The translations under genes were made by a program, and so were the position numbers. A stretch of DNA of 64,000 bases, from positions 60,687-124,686 of the forward strand of contig JBDKUN010000050.1 of the NCBI GenBank assembly GCA_039679675.1. The letters run 5' to 3'. Positions 38,100 to 48,838 of the stretch are shown here, in pieces. This DNA comes from Armatimonadota bacterium (GTDB taxonomy: Bacteria > Armatimonadota > UBA5829 > DTLH01). Within the stretch, counting starts at the first letter, position 1. Every line of letters begins with the position of its first letter. The notes below the pieces were generated by a model. It searched no databases, was not told the origin of the DNA, and saw only the letters and a program-made list of their open reading frames with translations.

Positions 38100-38493
38100 G
38101 GAAGTTGCAATCAAGTTTTCCGAAGGTATGAAGGACCTTCCCAAATGCCGGGAGCTAACCGAGAAATCCGCTGCCGAAATAGGGTTCACCGGTAAGGACA
38201 AATGCGGAATAGTCTCCGCAGTGTTCGAAGCCTGTGTAAATGCCATAACCCACGGTTGGAAAGCGCCTGACAAATATGCCAAGCTCACGATACGGCTTTA
38301 TGACGACCGGCTAGAGGCTGTCGTTGAAGATCACGGCTGCGGCTGCATCCCGTCACCCGCAAATAATATGCCTCCGCCTGCTTCACGGCGCGGCCGGGGC
38401 ATCCCACTCATGAAGAAATTCATGGATAAGATCGAATTCGACAACAGCGACGGCTGCAAGGTCATTCTGACAAAATATCTCCCCGAAAAATAG
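38089..38493 (+). CDS. Anti-sigma factor kinase (RsbW-like)
   Basis: EACVNAITHG, VEDHGCG and GRGIPLM motifs. Confidence 0.88.
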   Translation: MPVKEVAIKFSEGMKDLPKCRELTEKSAAEIGFTGKDKCGIVSAVFEACVNAITHGWKAPDKYAKLTIRLYDDRLEAVVEDHGCGCIPSPANNMPPPASRRGRGIPLMKKFMDKIEFDNSDGCKVILTKYLPEK

Positions 38494-38757
38494 GAAACAG
38501 GATGGCAAGCACACAATGTTCAGGTCAATCCACTACTATCAACAGCCCTTTATCCCCCGCAACGGCTGTTGATGCTAAGGCTGTTTTGGTGGTATAATTT
38601 GGTTGGCCGCCTCTCGGCGGCACGGGTTCAAACCCTGGTAAACGCCCCGGTTTCCCCAGAGCATTATTTACAAAGAGAATAATGCGGTCAAAATACTACA
38701 AGTTGGAAGGCGGAGCAAGGCCCTAACGATCCGGTCTTGCGTCCGGTGTGATTGTCA

Positions 38758-38988
38758 ATGCCTACTTACGAGTACGAATGCTGCGAATGCGGCCATCGGT
38801 TTGAGGTATTCCAGAAGATCACAGACGATCCTATAACTGTCTGTGAAAAGTGCAGTGGACGCGTCCGAAAGGTACTGTTTCCTGTAGGTATTGTGTTCAA
38901 AGGCTCTGGCTTTTATGTAAACGACTATAAAAAGTCGGGACCGGTTGAATCGAAAAAGAGCACATCATCGGGAACATCCAAAGATTAA
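38758..38988 (+). CDS. FmdB-family zinc ribbon protein
   Basis: MPTYEYEC..CGHRFE...C..C...FKGSGFYVNDY. Confidence 0.92.
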   Translation: MPTYEYECCECGHRFEVFQKITDDPITVCEKCSGRVRKVLFPVGIVFKGSGFYVNDYKKSGPVESKKSTSSGTSKD

Positions 38989-39011
38989 CGAAAGCGAAGA
39001 GCTTACAAACC

Positions 39012-39053
39012 AAAAAGAGCCGGAGTCACACAGCGTGATCCCGGCTCTTTTTT
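39012..39053. terminator. Bidirectional intrinsic terminator
   Basis: AAAAAGAGCCGG...CCGGCTCTTTTTT between convergent genes. Confidence 0.75.
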
Positions 39054-39068
39054 ACTTCATGTTTCAAT

Positions 39069-40913
39069 CTATCTTGAAACCAGCACCCACTTGCCGCTCT
39101 TTTCATCACGGTCGAGCCTGGTTCCCACAAGGCTCTTCAGGAGCTTGACATCGACCACCGTTCTGCCCTTGGAATTGACATACGGCGCGCTTGCCAGCCG
39201 CATCGCCTTTCCATTGATTATTGCGGTCCTGTCATTAATGCGAAGCTTAAATTTCCTTCCTCCAATTACGGCAAGTACCGTTTTCAGCCTTGGATCCCAG
39301 GCAACGATAGTTCCACTGGCTGATTCGATCACATAACGAAGCTCCGAGACCACAACTCCGTTGATTTTTTTCGTCTCAAGAGTCAGCTTCACCTTCCTGG
39401 GTTCCAAAGAAGGCTGCACAGCAGGAATTACAGGCTTGGGAGCAGCCGCCATCATTACAGGTTTAGTCGCAGATACAGTCGTCGCTGTCTGAGGCCTTGC
39501 AAGCCTCTGTCCGAACTCAGACTCAGTACTGACGCTCTCAAGCGTGGATTGATCCATACCGACCCGCTGATTTGCCGTTGTCGCAGCCGGAGGCGCAACG
39601 GATGGAGACATCGTAGACGCGGGCGCTGCTTCCATATCGGAAGGAAGCGATGCTATTACGTTTGATGAGATTCTACCGGACTCAGCAACACCAGGCTTTG
39701 TCTTGGCCGGATCGGCTGCAGGTCTGTTATCTGTCTGTATCTTGGAAACATCAACGGACGGCACTGAGGTTACGGGCAATTTGACTTTGGCATCAGGGGC
39801 AACAGCAACGACAGCCGGTTTAGCAATCTCGGCTGATGCTGCGGGCGGAATAGTCACTCTGCTCACGGAAGACTTGGATGATTCTTCGTGAAGAGTTACT
39901 TGAGCCCTGGCTGTCATAACCGGGGACTCCGGCTTTGCGACAGGGAAATTTGCCTTACTGCTGATCGAACTTACCTTATCGACCGATCTAGCAGCCGTTG
40001 CCTTGGCTTCCCTGCTCATCGGGATTATTGGTTGGATGTCAGCATTAGCGACTGCAACCTTTTCCGGCGCTGGGCTGGCAGCTATCGACGATTTTCCGCC
40101 ATTCTGTACAAGCACTTCGATTGTCTCGGCCTCACTCTTGTTGCCGGATGAATCGTAGGCACACGCTTCCAGCGTATGTTTGCCGTTCTCGCACCTGGAC
40201 GTATCCCATTCATAAACGTACGGCGGAACATTTTTAATGAGCTTGAGATTCTTGTCTACAAATACGGAAACCAGCGGATTATCCCGTCCGTTGTCCTTTG
40301 CGGCAATCTCTATATATGCTACACCGGATACAACATCGCCTTTCTTAATGCCGGCGAACCGAAGGTCCGGCGCGACCACATCAAGGGGGCGGTTTCCGAT
40401 CTTATATCTGCCGGATGTCGAACCGACCAGCTTGTCGCCGGAGAATATTTTGATAACAACATTATGACCGCCGTTCCCGATCCGTGTGGTATCGATCAAA
40501 AATGACGCTATACCTCTGGTTGCCGGGTTAGCAAAGTGCTTAATGCCGCAGGATACACCATCAACCAGGACTTCCACACGCGTTACTTTTGCAGAAGAAT
40601 CTGTATTATAGGCAGCCGATACTTCCACGCTCTGTCCGTTGACGGTCTCTCCTGCACTCGGTGAGACTATGGTCACGCGGCTGGTTTCTGCAACTGCCGG
40701 AACAGGCAGATATGTAGCCAAGAGAGCTATTGCTACAACTATTGATACTGCTCGCAAAATTATTCCCCCTGCCGGGCGATTGGCTTTTGTATATTTCCAC
40801 TCCCGGTGACTCCGGTCTTCACCGGCAGCCACAGGGATCGAGAAGTGACAGACGCCCTTGTGCTTTATAGATAGGCTCATTCTAACTCTACCATAGAGGT
40901 CTGCATTAGTCAA
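39069..40913 (-). CDS. Exported protein: Ig-like (Big) domains, long Pro/Ala/Ser linker, C-terminal copper-amine-oxidase-N/stalk-like domain
   Basis: IDTTRIGNGGH and YEWDTSRCENGKHTLEACAYD; C-terminal VAWD...AIING...APYV. True start is probably downstream of 40913. Confidence 0.7.
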   Translation of the reverse strand: MTNADLYGRVRMSLSIKHKGVCHFSIPVAAGEDRSHREWKYTKANRPAGGIILRAVSIVVAIALLATYLPVPAVAETSRVTIVSPSAGETVNGQSVEVSAAYNTDSSAKVTRVEVLVDGVSCGIKHFANPATRGIASFLIDTTRIGNGGHNVVIKIFSGDKLVGSTSGRYKIGNRPLDVVAPDLRFAGIKKGDVVSGVAYIEIAAKDNGRDNPLVSVFVDKNLKLIKNVPPYVYEWDTSRCENGKHTLEACAYDSSGNKSEAETIEVLVQNGGKSSIAASPAPEKVAVANADIQPIIPMSREAKATAARSVDKVSSISSKANFPVAKPESPVMTARAQVTLHEESSKSSVSRVTIPPAASAEIAKPAVVAVAPDAKVKLPVTSVPSVDVSKIQTDNRPAADPAKTKPGVAESGRISSNVIASLPSDMEAAPASTMSPSVAPPAATTANQRVGMDQSTLESVSTESEFGQRLARPQTATTVSATKPVMMAAAPKPVIPAVQPSLEPRKVKLTLETKKINGVVVSELRYVIESASGTIVAWDPRLKTVLAVIGGRKFKLRINDRTAIINGKAMRLASAPYVNSKGRTVVDVKLLKSLVGTRLDRDEKSGKWVLVSR

Positions 40914-41005
40914 TCTTGAAGCAATTTCTGAAGATCATAATGTGGAAAGGGGCGGAAATCTCCACTTCCGCCCCCACATAAAACCGTTTGATGCTTGTAA
41001 ACCTT

Positions 41006-41806
41006 CTACAGATTGTTTAGCCAGTTTGAGTTGTAGAATATTAACTTTCCTCTGGAATCCTTCCCATAGAAAGAAGTTATATCCTTCCCCTTTATTTTTC
41101 CAACATGACCGTCAAGATACGCTACAGTTGCAACGCCATTATGCTTGTACGCAAGCATGTCGCTGCCTATAAAAAGCGCATCGTTCAGCAGGCCAAGCGG
41201 GTTTTGCCTGGGATCTGTGTTCTCCTCGACAAAGGTAACCATCTTGGACGGCTGTCTGAACCAGTTTATCGGGAACCCTTCATAATCCGCACGCCAGAAT
41301 CTACCATGATAGGTATTTCCCAAGCCGTCCGGGTAAGACGAAAACGGAAGGTCAGGAAGGTGAGGAAATATCCAAGTCATCCAGAAATTCAGCGTATAGC
41401 TGTAGGTATATCTGTCTTTTGAAGGAATATTCAGCCCAGATATCCTGGCATTCCTTGTGTCTGAAGGACATGCAATGATCTCTTTTGACTTGGCTACATA
41501 CTTATAGAGACCTGATTCTCTCCAGTCCGATTCCTGTCTCCAACCGGCCCTCCATGGCTGACAATTCTCGTCCATTGGTCTTGCATCATAGCAGTTGAGG
41601 GCAACATACCTGCCGTTGTTGTCATCGGCATATTGGAGAGCTGCATTGTTCACCTGTTTGATGTTGCTCAAGCATTTGGTCAAACGCGCTGCTTCTCTTG
41701 CGGTCTCGAATATCGGGAACAGTATCGCTGCCAGGACCGCGATGATGGCTATTACAACCAATAACTCGATCAGTGTAAAGCCATTCTTCTTACTTGAAAG
41801 TGCCAT
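41006..41806 (-). CDS. Prepilin-type DUF1559 protein with H-X9-DG motif
   Basis: [23 protein letters not shown]...AREAAR...CLSN and [13 protein letters not shown]. Confidence 0.92.
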   Translation of the reverse strand: MALSSKKNGFTLIELLVVIAIIAVLAAILFPIFETAREAARLTKCLSNIKQVNNAALQYADDNNGRYVALNCYDARPMDENCQPWRAGWRQESDWRESGLYKYVAKSKEIIACPSDTRNARISGLNIPSKDRYTYSYTLNFWMTWIFPHLPDLPFSSYPDGLGNTYHGRFWRADYEGFPINWFRQPSKMVTFVEENTDPRQNPLGLLNDALFIGSDMLAYKHNGVATVAYLDGHVGKIKGKDITSFYGKDSRGKLIFYNSNWLNNL

Positions 41807-42015
41807 CGGAGTCACCTTCTCCTTTGGATCCATTTACTCTGATTGATATATACCACAAGGCTGACAGCCTGTCAACTTAAAAACGACTTAAATTACAACC
41901 AGTGTTATTCACAATTTCGGACATAACACCATAATAACAAAATAGAGGACGAGATAAATAAAATAATCTCGCCCTCTATTGTACGGATGCACAATCTACA
42001 AGTGATAAACGACAG

Positions 42016-42723
42016 CTAGACCACTGCGATCTCTCTGATCTCGAACTTGTAACCAACGCCCCAGATTGTTGTAATCCTGCAGGGACTTCCATTATTCTCA
42101 ATCTTGCGGCGAAGGCGTTTGATATGCTGGTCTACAGTCCTCTCATCACCGTAAAATTCCTGATACGCCCAGACCTGTTCGAGCAACTGCTCTCTTGTGA
42201 AAACGCGGTTGCGGTTGGATGCAAGGTACCAAAGTAAATCGAATTCTTTTGGGGTAAGGTCTACCTTGCGGTCTCCCACAACGACCTCGCGGGAGATTCG
42301 GCTTACAGATAAGCCAGGTAAGTTGAGCACCTGCTGCTCATCGGGGCTGGGAACATAAGCTGCACGTCTGAGGACGGCTTTTACTCTCGCCAGAAGCTCT
42401 CTAGGGGAAAACGGTTTTGTTATATAATCATCTGCACCTATTTCAAGTCCTAATACTCTATCAACTTCATCAACTCTGGCGGTTAACATAATAATTGGAA
42501 CATTACTGGATTTTCTAATTTCTTTACATACGTCCAGACCATCCATCCCTGGCAACATAAGGTCCAGGATTATGATATCCGGTCGATACTGGCGCGCTCT
42601 TTCGATTCCATCTGCGCCGTCAGGGGCAGTGGCAACTTCGTATCCAGCTTTGTCGAAGTAGAGCGATATTAGCTCACAGACGTTCTCTTCGTCGTCTATC
42701 ACCAGCACCTTCTGTTTGGTCAT
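42016..42723 (-). CDS. OmpR-family response regulator
   Basis: LDLMLPGMDG, GADDYITKPF, LTPKEFDLL and GVGYKF motifs. Confidence 0.95.
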   Translation of the reverse strand: MTKQKVLVIDDEENVCELISLYFDKAGYEVATAPDGADGIERARQYRPDIIILDLMLPGMDGLDVCKEIRKSSNVPIIMLTARVDEVDRVLGLEIGADDYITKPFSPRELLARVKAVLRRAAYVPSPDEQQVLNLPGLSVSRISREVVVGDRKVDLTPKEFDLLWYLASNRNRVFTREQLLEQVWAYQEFYGDERTVDQHIKRLRRKIENNGSPCRITTIWGVGYKFEIREIAVV

Positions 42724-42895
42724 ACTACTTCTTCCTTTCCTAATAGTATCTCGTGCATCCTAAACCACGATCCAGCTGCATTGAGCTTGAGCGGAATTTG
42801 TCCATGCAAGCTCAACTATCGCAAGTATATGACCTTTTCTCCAGCATGTCAAGACTGAAACATATACAAAGCACAAAAAAAGCTCTGAATTTATA

Positions 42896-43987
42896 CTACC
42901 TTAACATCGCTTGCGCGGCTGCAGCGTGAAATAATTTTCGAGTTTTCCGAAATTCCATACCATCGTCCGTTCTACACACACGGTTCGTCAGTAAAATCAC
43001 GAATATATCGCACGTTGCATCGATCACTATAGATACACCTGTGAAACCTGTGTGACCGATTGTCCCAGATGGTAGCAAATCACCGCCGGGCAGCATCATA
43101 TTTGGATAAATGAACCAACCGGCGGTATGCCCGCCGGTAGACGGGTCAAGCATATTCCGGAACATAAGCTGCACTCCGGCTTGGGGCAGCACACCGCAGC
43201 CGCCCGAGAGCAGCATCACCGCAAACCGCGCTAGGTCCAGCGCGGTCGAAAATAGCCCCGCATTTCCGCTCACTCCGCCCATAGCCCAAGCGTTTCCATC
43301 GTGAACTTTACCTATGAGCAGCCCGTCTCTCTTTGGGGAATTGGCTGTAGCCGCAGTCCGGCTGGTCAGCTTACCCGAAGGGTTAAATGTTGTGTCATGC
43401 ATCTCCAGAGGACCGAATATGTTCATTTCAGCGAACTTATCGAGCCTCATTCCGCTCGCTATCCGCACAATCTCTCCAAGAAGCATGTATCCGAGGCAGC
43501 TGTATGTGTACACTTTGCCAGGGGGACTATCTAGCGGCGTCGACAGTATCCCTTCAATCACGTCATCGGAAGATTGGCCGTCCGAATAAAAATCTTTCCA
43601 GGCAGGGAGGCCGGAAGTGTGGGTCAATAAGTGAATAATGTTCGCTTTTGACAAGTGCGGGAGGCTGCTTTTTGGAAAATATTTCGACAAGGGCTGTTCA
43701 AGCCCAATGGCGCCTTGTTCAATAAGGATCAGAAGCGAAGCTGCGGTCGCTACAGGCTTGGTAAGCGATGCAATATCGAACACCGTATCCGGCTGGACGG
43801 GTTGCCCACCGCCCGGTCTTGTGTAACCGAAGCACTGCGGTTCAAGAATTCCATTCTTTCCGCCGATAAGGTAGACCACGCCGGGATATAAGTCGTTATC
43901 CAACCCGCGGCGGATAATATCATCCGCCGCTTGCAGGCGTTTTTTATCGAATCCCAATTCTTCAGGCTTTACAACCGGCAGATTCAT
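42896..43987 (-). CDS. Serine hydrolase, beta-lactamase class C family
   Basis: SLTK, LLTHTSGL, YTYS, GNAGLFS and GHTGFTG motifs. Confidence 0.9.
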   Translation of the reverse strand: MNLPVVKPEELGFDKKRLQAADDIIRRGLDNDLYPGVVYLIGGKNGILEPQCFGYTRPGGGQPVQPDTVFDIASLTKPVATAASLLILIEQGAIGLEQPLSKYFPKSSLPHLSKANIIHLLTHTSGLPAWKDFYSDGQSSDDVIEGILSTPLDSPPGKVYTYSCLGYMLLGEIVRIASGMRLDKFAEMNIFGPLEMHDTTFNPSGKLTSRTAATANSPKRDGLLIGKVHDGNAWAMGGVSGNAGLFSTALDLARFAVMLLSGGCGVLPQAGVQLMFRNMLDPSTGGHTAGWFIYPNMMLPGGDLLPSGTIGHTGFTGVSIVIDATCDIFVILLTNRVCRTDDGMEFRKTRKLFHAAAAQAMLR

Positions 43988-44093
43988 CAGTATTTCATCT
44001 GGAGAGAAGTTTGATCTATATTATTGTAACACGAAATCAGCCTCAGGTTATTGAATCCCTAAATCCGCGTAATTCGCGTTTCAAAACTGATAG

Positions 44094-44285
44094 CTACGCC
44101 CGTCCTCTGCCGACTATCAGCCTCCAGATCACGATTATGATAAAGACAACCAGAATGATCGAAAGTATGAACCTGACTACACCAAATAACACTTTGATCG
44201 CTCCGAGGGCGATAGGAAGGAGTATGATAATCGCCAATATCAGTAGGATTATCCATAGAATCGATTGTCCGCTATCTCTTCTCAT
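44094..44285 (-). CDS. Small membrane protein
   Basis: 63 aa with two TM segments; AGGAGG RBS. Confidence 0.6.
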   Translation of the reverse strand: MRRDSGQSILWIILLILAIIILLPIALGAIKVLFGVVRFILSIILVVFIIIVIWRLIVGRGRA

Positions 44286-44309
44286 GTCTTCCTCCTGTAA
44301 AGCCTGCAG

Positions 44310-44582
44310 CTAGCCGGATGATTCTGGATGTTCTTCCAATTCACGCCGCATCTCCAGAAATTGCTCCCTCGTGATCTCGCCCTTAGCATAGCGCCTTTTC
44401 AGTATCTCTACCGCCGACTCATGCATAACCCCGCCAACCGGAGGCTCCGCCAGCGGTCTCGATGCCAGCCATCGGATGAGCAACACGATGGCAACTATTA
44501 CGAGCGCCCAGAAGAGTACCATAAATATCCACATAAGCCACACACCCCACCACCATCCGTCTGTATACCACCCATGCATCAT
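44310..44582 (-). CDS. SHOCT domain membrane protein
   Basis: EILKRRYAKGEITREQF motif. Confidence 0.88.
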   Translation of the reverse strand: MMHGWYTDGWWWGVWLMWIFMVLFWALVIVAIVLLIRWLASRPLAEPPVGGVMHESAVEILKRRYAKGEITREQFLEMRRELEEHPESSG

Positions 44583-44788
44583 TTTCGGTCGCTCCTGAAT
44601 ATGTCAGTCTACAGTGGTACGTTTCCCAGCAGTGGGTTGGCGTAAACAGGGGGAATAACTGTCAGGTTTCAGTAGTCAGCAGGGGCATGGATGCCCTGGA
44701 GAATGGGGACGTGTAGCGGTATTTCGAACTCCAAAGAAAAAAGGGAATGGTAATATTCTCCACCATTCCCCAAATCCTATATTCTAAA

Positions 44789-45724
44789 TTACAACGGCTC
44801 GAAGAGCACGAGTTCGGAGAACTCGTTGTAGCGATCGGAAATATCCTGCGGTGTAAGCTCTTTCATTTTATTGAGACTGAAGCCTTCGACGTTATACGAG
44901 GCAATCGTGCTCCCGCAGATGATCGCTTTTCGGATATTCCGGTCGCTTATCTCGCCTGTGTGCGCGAGATAGCCCAGGAACCCTCCTGCAAAGCTGTCGC
45001 CTGCGCCTGTGGGGTCTACTACTTCCTCAAGCGGATAGGATGGGGCTACAAAGCACATGTTGTTCCCGTTGAACATCATAGCTCCATGCTCGCCCTTCTT
45101 TATGACGACCGTTTTAGGCCCAAGTTTTTGAATTTCGGATGCAGCTTTTACGAGACTGCCTGTGCCGATAAGCTGCCTGGCTTCGGCATCGTTCATAAAA
45201 GACAGATTGACCCTCTTCAACACTTCCAGAAGCGAGTCTTTCTTGTTCTCGATCCAGAAATTCATCGTGTCACAGGCTACGAACTTGGGGTTTTTCACTT
45301 GATCAAGCACCTGAAGCTGCAGGTCAGGGTCGATATTAGCTAAAAATACATATTCGGCAGATTTGTAAGCCTCCGGGATGACAGGTTTGAAGTCTGCAAA
45401 GACATTAAGCTCGGTGAAAAGCGTATGAGCCTGGTTCAGGTCGAACTCATACGAGCCGCCCCACCTAAAACTCTTTCCTGGCTGGACCTGAATACCAGCG
45501 GTATCTACCCCACGGCTTGAAAGGAAGTCGATATGCGCCTTCGGGAAATCTTCTCCGACTACGCCGACTACCATCGACGGAGTGAAGAAGCTCGCCGCAA
45601 CGGATGAATACACTGCAGCGCCGCCCAAAGCATTATCGACTTGTCCGAGCGGGGTTTTGACCGAGTCCAGAGCCACGCTTCCGACTATAAGCAGTGGAGA
45701 CCCGCCGTTTTTTACTTCCTGCAT
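44789..45724 (-). CDS. PfkB-family sugar kinase
   Basis: LGGAAVY and DPTGAGDSFAGG motifs. Confidence 0.92.
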   Translation of the reverse strand: MQEVKNGGSPLLIVGSVALDSVKTPLGQVDNALGGAAVYSSVAASFFTPSMVVGVVGEDFPKAHIDFLSSRGVDTAGIQVQPGKSFRWGGSYEFDLNQAHTLFTELNVFADFKPVIPEAYKSAEYVFLANIDPDLQLQVLDQVKNPKFVACDTMNFWIENKKDSLLEVLKRVNLSFMNDAEARQLIGTGSLVKAASEIQKLGPKTVVIKKGEHGAMMFNGNNMCFVAPSYPLEEVVDPTGAGDSFAGGFLGYLAHTGEISDRNIRKAIICGSTIASYNVEGFSLNKMKELTPQDISDRYNEFSELVLFEPL

Positions 45725-45727
45725 CCT

Positions 45728-46477
45728 TTACCTCTTTCCACCAAAGAACCTATCCGCCAGCACCATCACGAGAAACCTCGGAAGCGTAGCAACCTTGCTT
45801 ATCTTCTTGGGATTGCTTGCCAGCCGGTGAAGCCATTCGAGCCCATGGCGGCGCATCCATTCAGGAGCACGGTTGACACGTCCTGAAAGGACATCGAATG
45901 TCCCTCCTACGCCCATCGCGACACCGATGCCCAGCTGGTCAAGATGTTTTACGATCCATTTTTCCTGCTTGGGTATCCCCATAGCGACGAGCAGAATATT
46001 CGCGCCGGATTCCGATATTTCCCGCACTATCGGCTCATCGTCCGTGAAGAACCCGTCGTGTACGCCCGCGATTTTGAGCCCCGGAAACCGCTCTTTCAGG
46101 TTTTCCGCAGCTTCAGCAGCCACGCCGGGAGCTGCTCCCAGCAAGTACATGGAATAACCCTTCACAGCAGCAATATCCGCAAGATTGACTGCAATGTCGA
46201 CACCGGATACTTTCTCGAAGAGAGGGTCTTTATTCCACTTTGCCGCAAGCATGATCCCAGTGCTGTCCGGGGTGACGAGATCGGCCTCGTTTATGATGCG
46301 TTTCAGCTCTTCATCCTGCTGGGCTATAACGATAGCCGATGCATCTGCCGTGACGACAATGTGGGGCGCCCCACTTTCGATAAACTTCTCGATAGTTTCG
46401 AGCGCCCCAGCCATATTCACTTTATCGACTCTTACATTAAGCAGAGTAATATGTTCCATACCTTGGTTACAGGACAT
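45728..46477 (-). CDS. WecB/TagA/CpsF glycosyltransferase
   Basis: MGIPKQEKW, GVGGTFD and RAPEWM...GLEW motifs. Confidence 0.93.
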   Translation of the reverse strand: MSCNQGMEHITLLNVRVDKVNMAGALETIEKFIESGAPHIVVTADASAIVIAQQDEELKRIINEADLVTPDSTGIMLAAKWNKDPLFEKVSGVDIAVNLADIAAVKGYSMYLLGAAPGVAAEAAENLKERFPGLKIAGVHDGFFTDDEPIVREISESGANILLVAMGIPKQEKWIVKHLDQLGIGVAMGVGGTFDVLSGRVNRAPEWMRRHGLEWLHRLASNPKKISKVATLPRFLVMVLADRFFGGKR

Positions 46478-46523
46478 CTGTCTCCTGTTTCCTAACTGTG
46501 TTCCTTCTTGTTATATCTAAAAA

Positions 46524-47558
46524 TTATCTTCCGCAGGGATCGACTATGACTCCGTCGAAAACAGAGGCGTTTGATTTCACTCTGCAGCCTGTGCCGACTA
46601 CGCATCGCTCCAGCTTTGTGCCTTCCATAACCGTAGCCCCATGCCAGAGCACGCTCTGTTTCACCGCAGCATCCTGCTCGATCACGCAGCCATCGGCAAG
46701 CACCGAATATTCCTTAACTTTTGCGTTCTTGCCAATCTTGCAGTTCTTGCCTATAACTACCGGATAACCGATCTCAGCGCTTGGGTCGATCTCAGTGCCT
46801 TCGCCGATCCAGATGTATTTTCGGACTTCTTCATAAGGGATCTTGATCGTGACCCGCCCGTCCAGAACATCGTAATGCGTCTGCTGATACTGCTTCAGGT
46901 TTCCGACATCGCGCCAGTAACTGGATGTAAGATAGCCGTAGAACCTTGTCCGGTGTTCAAGAAGCCTCGGAAAGACATTGTGTCCGAAACCGTAAGCAAT
47001 ACCTTTCGGGATGAGGTCGAGCACGGAAGGCTCGAATATATAGACGCCCGTATTGGCTGTGTTACTGAATATTACCTCACCGCGCGGCTTTTCGAGGAAC
47101 CTGGTGATCCTGCCTCGCTCGTTTAAGAGCGCTATTCCGTATTCGGACGGATCATCGACAAGAGAAAGTGCGATTGTCGCAATCGCTTTTTTCTCTTTAT
47201 GCAGCCGGAGCATCCGAGTTATGTCGATGTCGGCGAGGTCGTCGCCGCCGACCACAAGGAACGTATCATCAAAGAACTCTTCGCACCGCTTTACGCTTCC
47301 CGCGTCGCCCCAGAGACGGTCTTCCTTGGAGTATTTAATGTTGACTCCCCACTTGCTGCCGTCTTTGAAATGATTTTCTATCTGACCGGCAAGATAGTGC
47401 AGGTTGACCATGATGTCCTTGACCCCATGCTTCGCAAGAAGCTCGATTATGTGTTCCATAACCGGCCTGTTTACTATTGGGACCATCGGTTTCGGAATAT
47501 GGCGGGTCAGCGGATCGAGTCTCGAACCGACTCCCGCGGCAAGTATCATTGCCTTCAT
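46524..47558 (-). CDS. NDP-sugar synthase (mannose-1-phosphate guanylyltransferase-like)
   Basis: LAAGVGSRL..LT..PKP, FLEKP and C-terminal hexapeptide repeats. Confidence 0.88.
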   Translation of the reverse strand: MKAMILAAGVGSRLDPLTRHIPKPMVPIVNRPVMEHIIELLAKHGVKDIMVNLHYLAGQIENHFKDGSKWGVNIKYSKEDRLWGDAGSVKRCEEFFDDTFLVVGGDDLADIDITRMLRLHKEKKAIATIALSLVDDPSEYGIALLNERGRITRFLEKPRGEVIFSNTANTGVYIFEPSVLDLIPKGIAYGFGHNVFPRLLEHRTRFYGYLTSSYWRDVGNLKQYQQTHYDVLDGRVTIKIPYEEVRKYIWIGEGTEIDPSAEIGYPVVIGKNCKIGKNAKVKEYSVLADGCVIEQDAAVKQSVLWHGATVMEGTKLERCVVGTGCRVKSNASVFDGVIVDPCGR

Positions 47559-47653
47559 TGTTATGTCCAGAGTATAGAGTTCAGAGTGCAGAGGATTTAC
47601 AACTGCTGCCCCCTGTATCTTTCTCCTCTCCTTTCCTTCCCTGACTTCAGCGA

Positions 47654-48760
47654 TTATACCTTTTCTGAAGCGGCGGACAGCGCGTCGGCGACCGTACTCA
47701 CCTGGTCCGATGTCAACTCAGGATGCACCGGAATCGAAAGCACCTCTTTGGATGCCTGCTCGGCTGCGGGGAAATCACCTTCCTTGTAGCCCAGGAATGT
47801 ATAAGCGTCCTGCACGTGGAGCGGCTCAGGATAGTATACGGCAGAATCGACTCCTGCTTCTTTCAATATGGCCTGAGTAGCCTCGCGGGCAGGAGTGCGG
47901 ACTGTGTACTGATGGTAAATATGGTAACTGCCCGGCGATTCGACTGGAGCTTTTATACGGCTGCCTTGAAGCACCTTGCTATAAACCGAAGCGTGCTCTC
48001 TTCTGGCTTCGTTCCACTCATTGATCTTGGGGAGCTTCACCCGAAGAATTGCCGCCTGCAGCGCATCCAACCTGCTGCAGAAACCTACATACTTGTAGCT
48101 GTATGAGGAAGACATTCCGTGGAACCTGAGCGATTTCGCCTTTTCTGCGGCATCATCATCGTTCATAAGGATCATTCCACCGTCGCCGCAGGCCCCCAGG
48201 TTCTTTGTCGGGAAGAAACTCAGCGTAGCGGCATCTCCCATCATACCGATCTGCTTGCCTTTATAAGCCGATCCTATGGCCTGGGCCGCATCACAGACGA
48301 CAATCAGGCCGTAATTGTCGGCCATTTCGAGAATATCATCCATTTCGGCGCACTGGCCGTATAAATGAACGGGCAAGAGGGCTTTTGTCTTGGAAGTGAT
48401 GGCTTTCTTCATCTGTTCCGGGTCGATATTGAACGTAACCGGATCGATATCCACGTAAACGGGGCGCGCCCCCACCATAACAATTGCTTCGGTCGTTGCT
48501 ACGAAGGTAAACGGCGTCGTGATGACCTCATCGCCGGGGCCGATTCCGAGCGCAGCGAGCGAGATGGTTATAGCATCGGTGCCTGAAGCCACTGAGATGC
48601 CATATTTCGCCCCGCACATAGCGGCAACTTCCTCCTCAAGAGAAGACACATTTTCACCCAGGATAAACCGTCCGCTTTCAAGGACGCCGCGAAGCGCCGA
48701 ATTGATTTCGGACTCCATTGCGCGGTATTGGGCTGCCAAGTTGGCCATCGGGATCGACAA
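47654..48760 (-). CDS. DegT/DnrJ/EryC1/StrS aminotransferase
   Basis: SGTDA, PVHLYGQ, DAAQA and SFFPTKNLG motifs. Confidence 0.93.
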   Translation of the reverse strand: MSIPMANLAAQYRAMESEINSALRGVLESGRFILGENVSSLEEEVAAMCGAKYGISVASGTDAITISLAALGIGPGDEVITTPFTFVATTEAIVMVGARPVYVDIDPVTFNIDPEQMKKAITSKTKALLPVHLYGQCAEMDDILEMADNYGLIVVCDAAQAIGSAYKGKQIGMMGDAATLSFFPTKNLGACGDGGMILMNDDDAAEKAKSLRFHGMSSSYSYKYVGFCSRLDALQAAILRVKLPKINEWNEARREHASVYSKVLQGSRIKAPVESPGSYHIYHQYTVRTPAREATQAILKEAGVDSAVYYPEPLHVQDAYTFLGYKEGDFPAAEQASKEVLSIPVHPELTSDQVSTVADALSAASEKV

Positions 48761-48838
48761 GTCTCTTTTCCTCTACTTTCCTTAATATATATTATTGAAG
48801 ATGAAGACCTAAAGATGAGGTTTCACGGGATAATTATC

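Noticed and set aside
47565..47655. AGAGTAT/AGAGTTC/AGAGTGC heptamer run and pyrimidine tract
   Set aside because: Short low-complexity intergenic filler with no supportable function.
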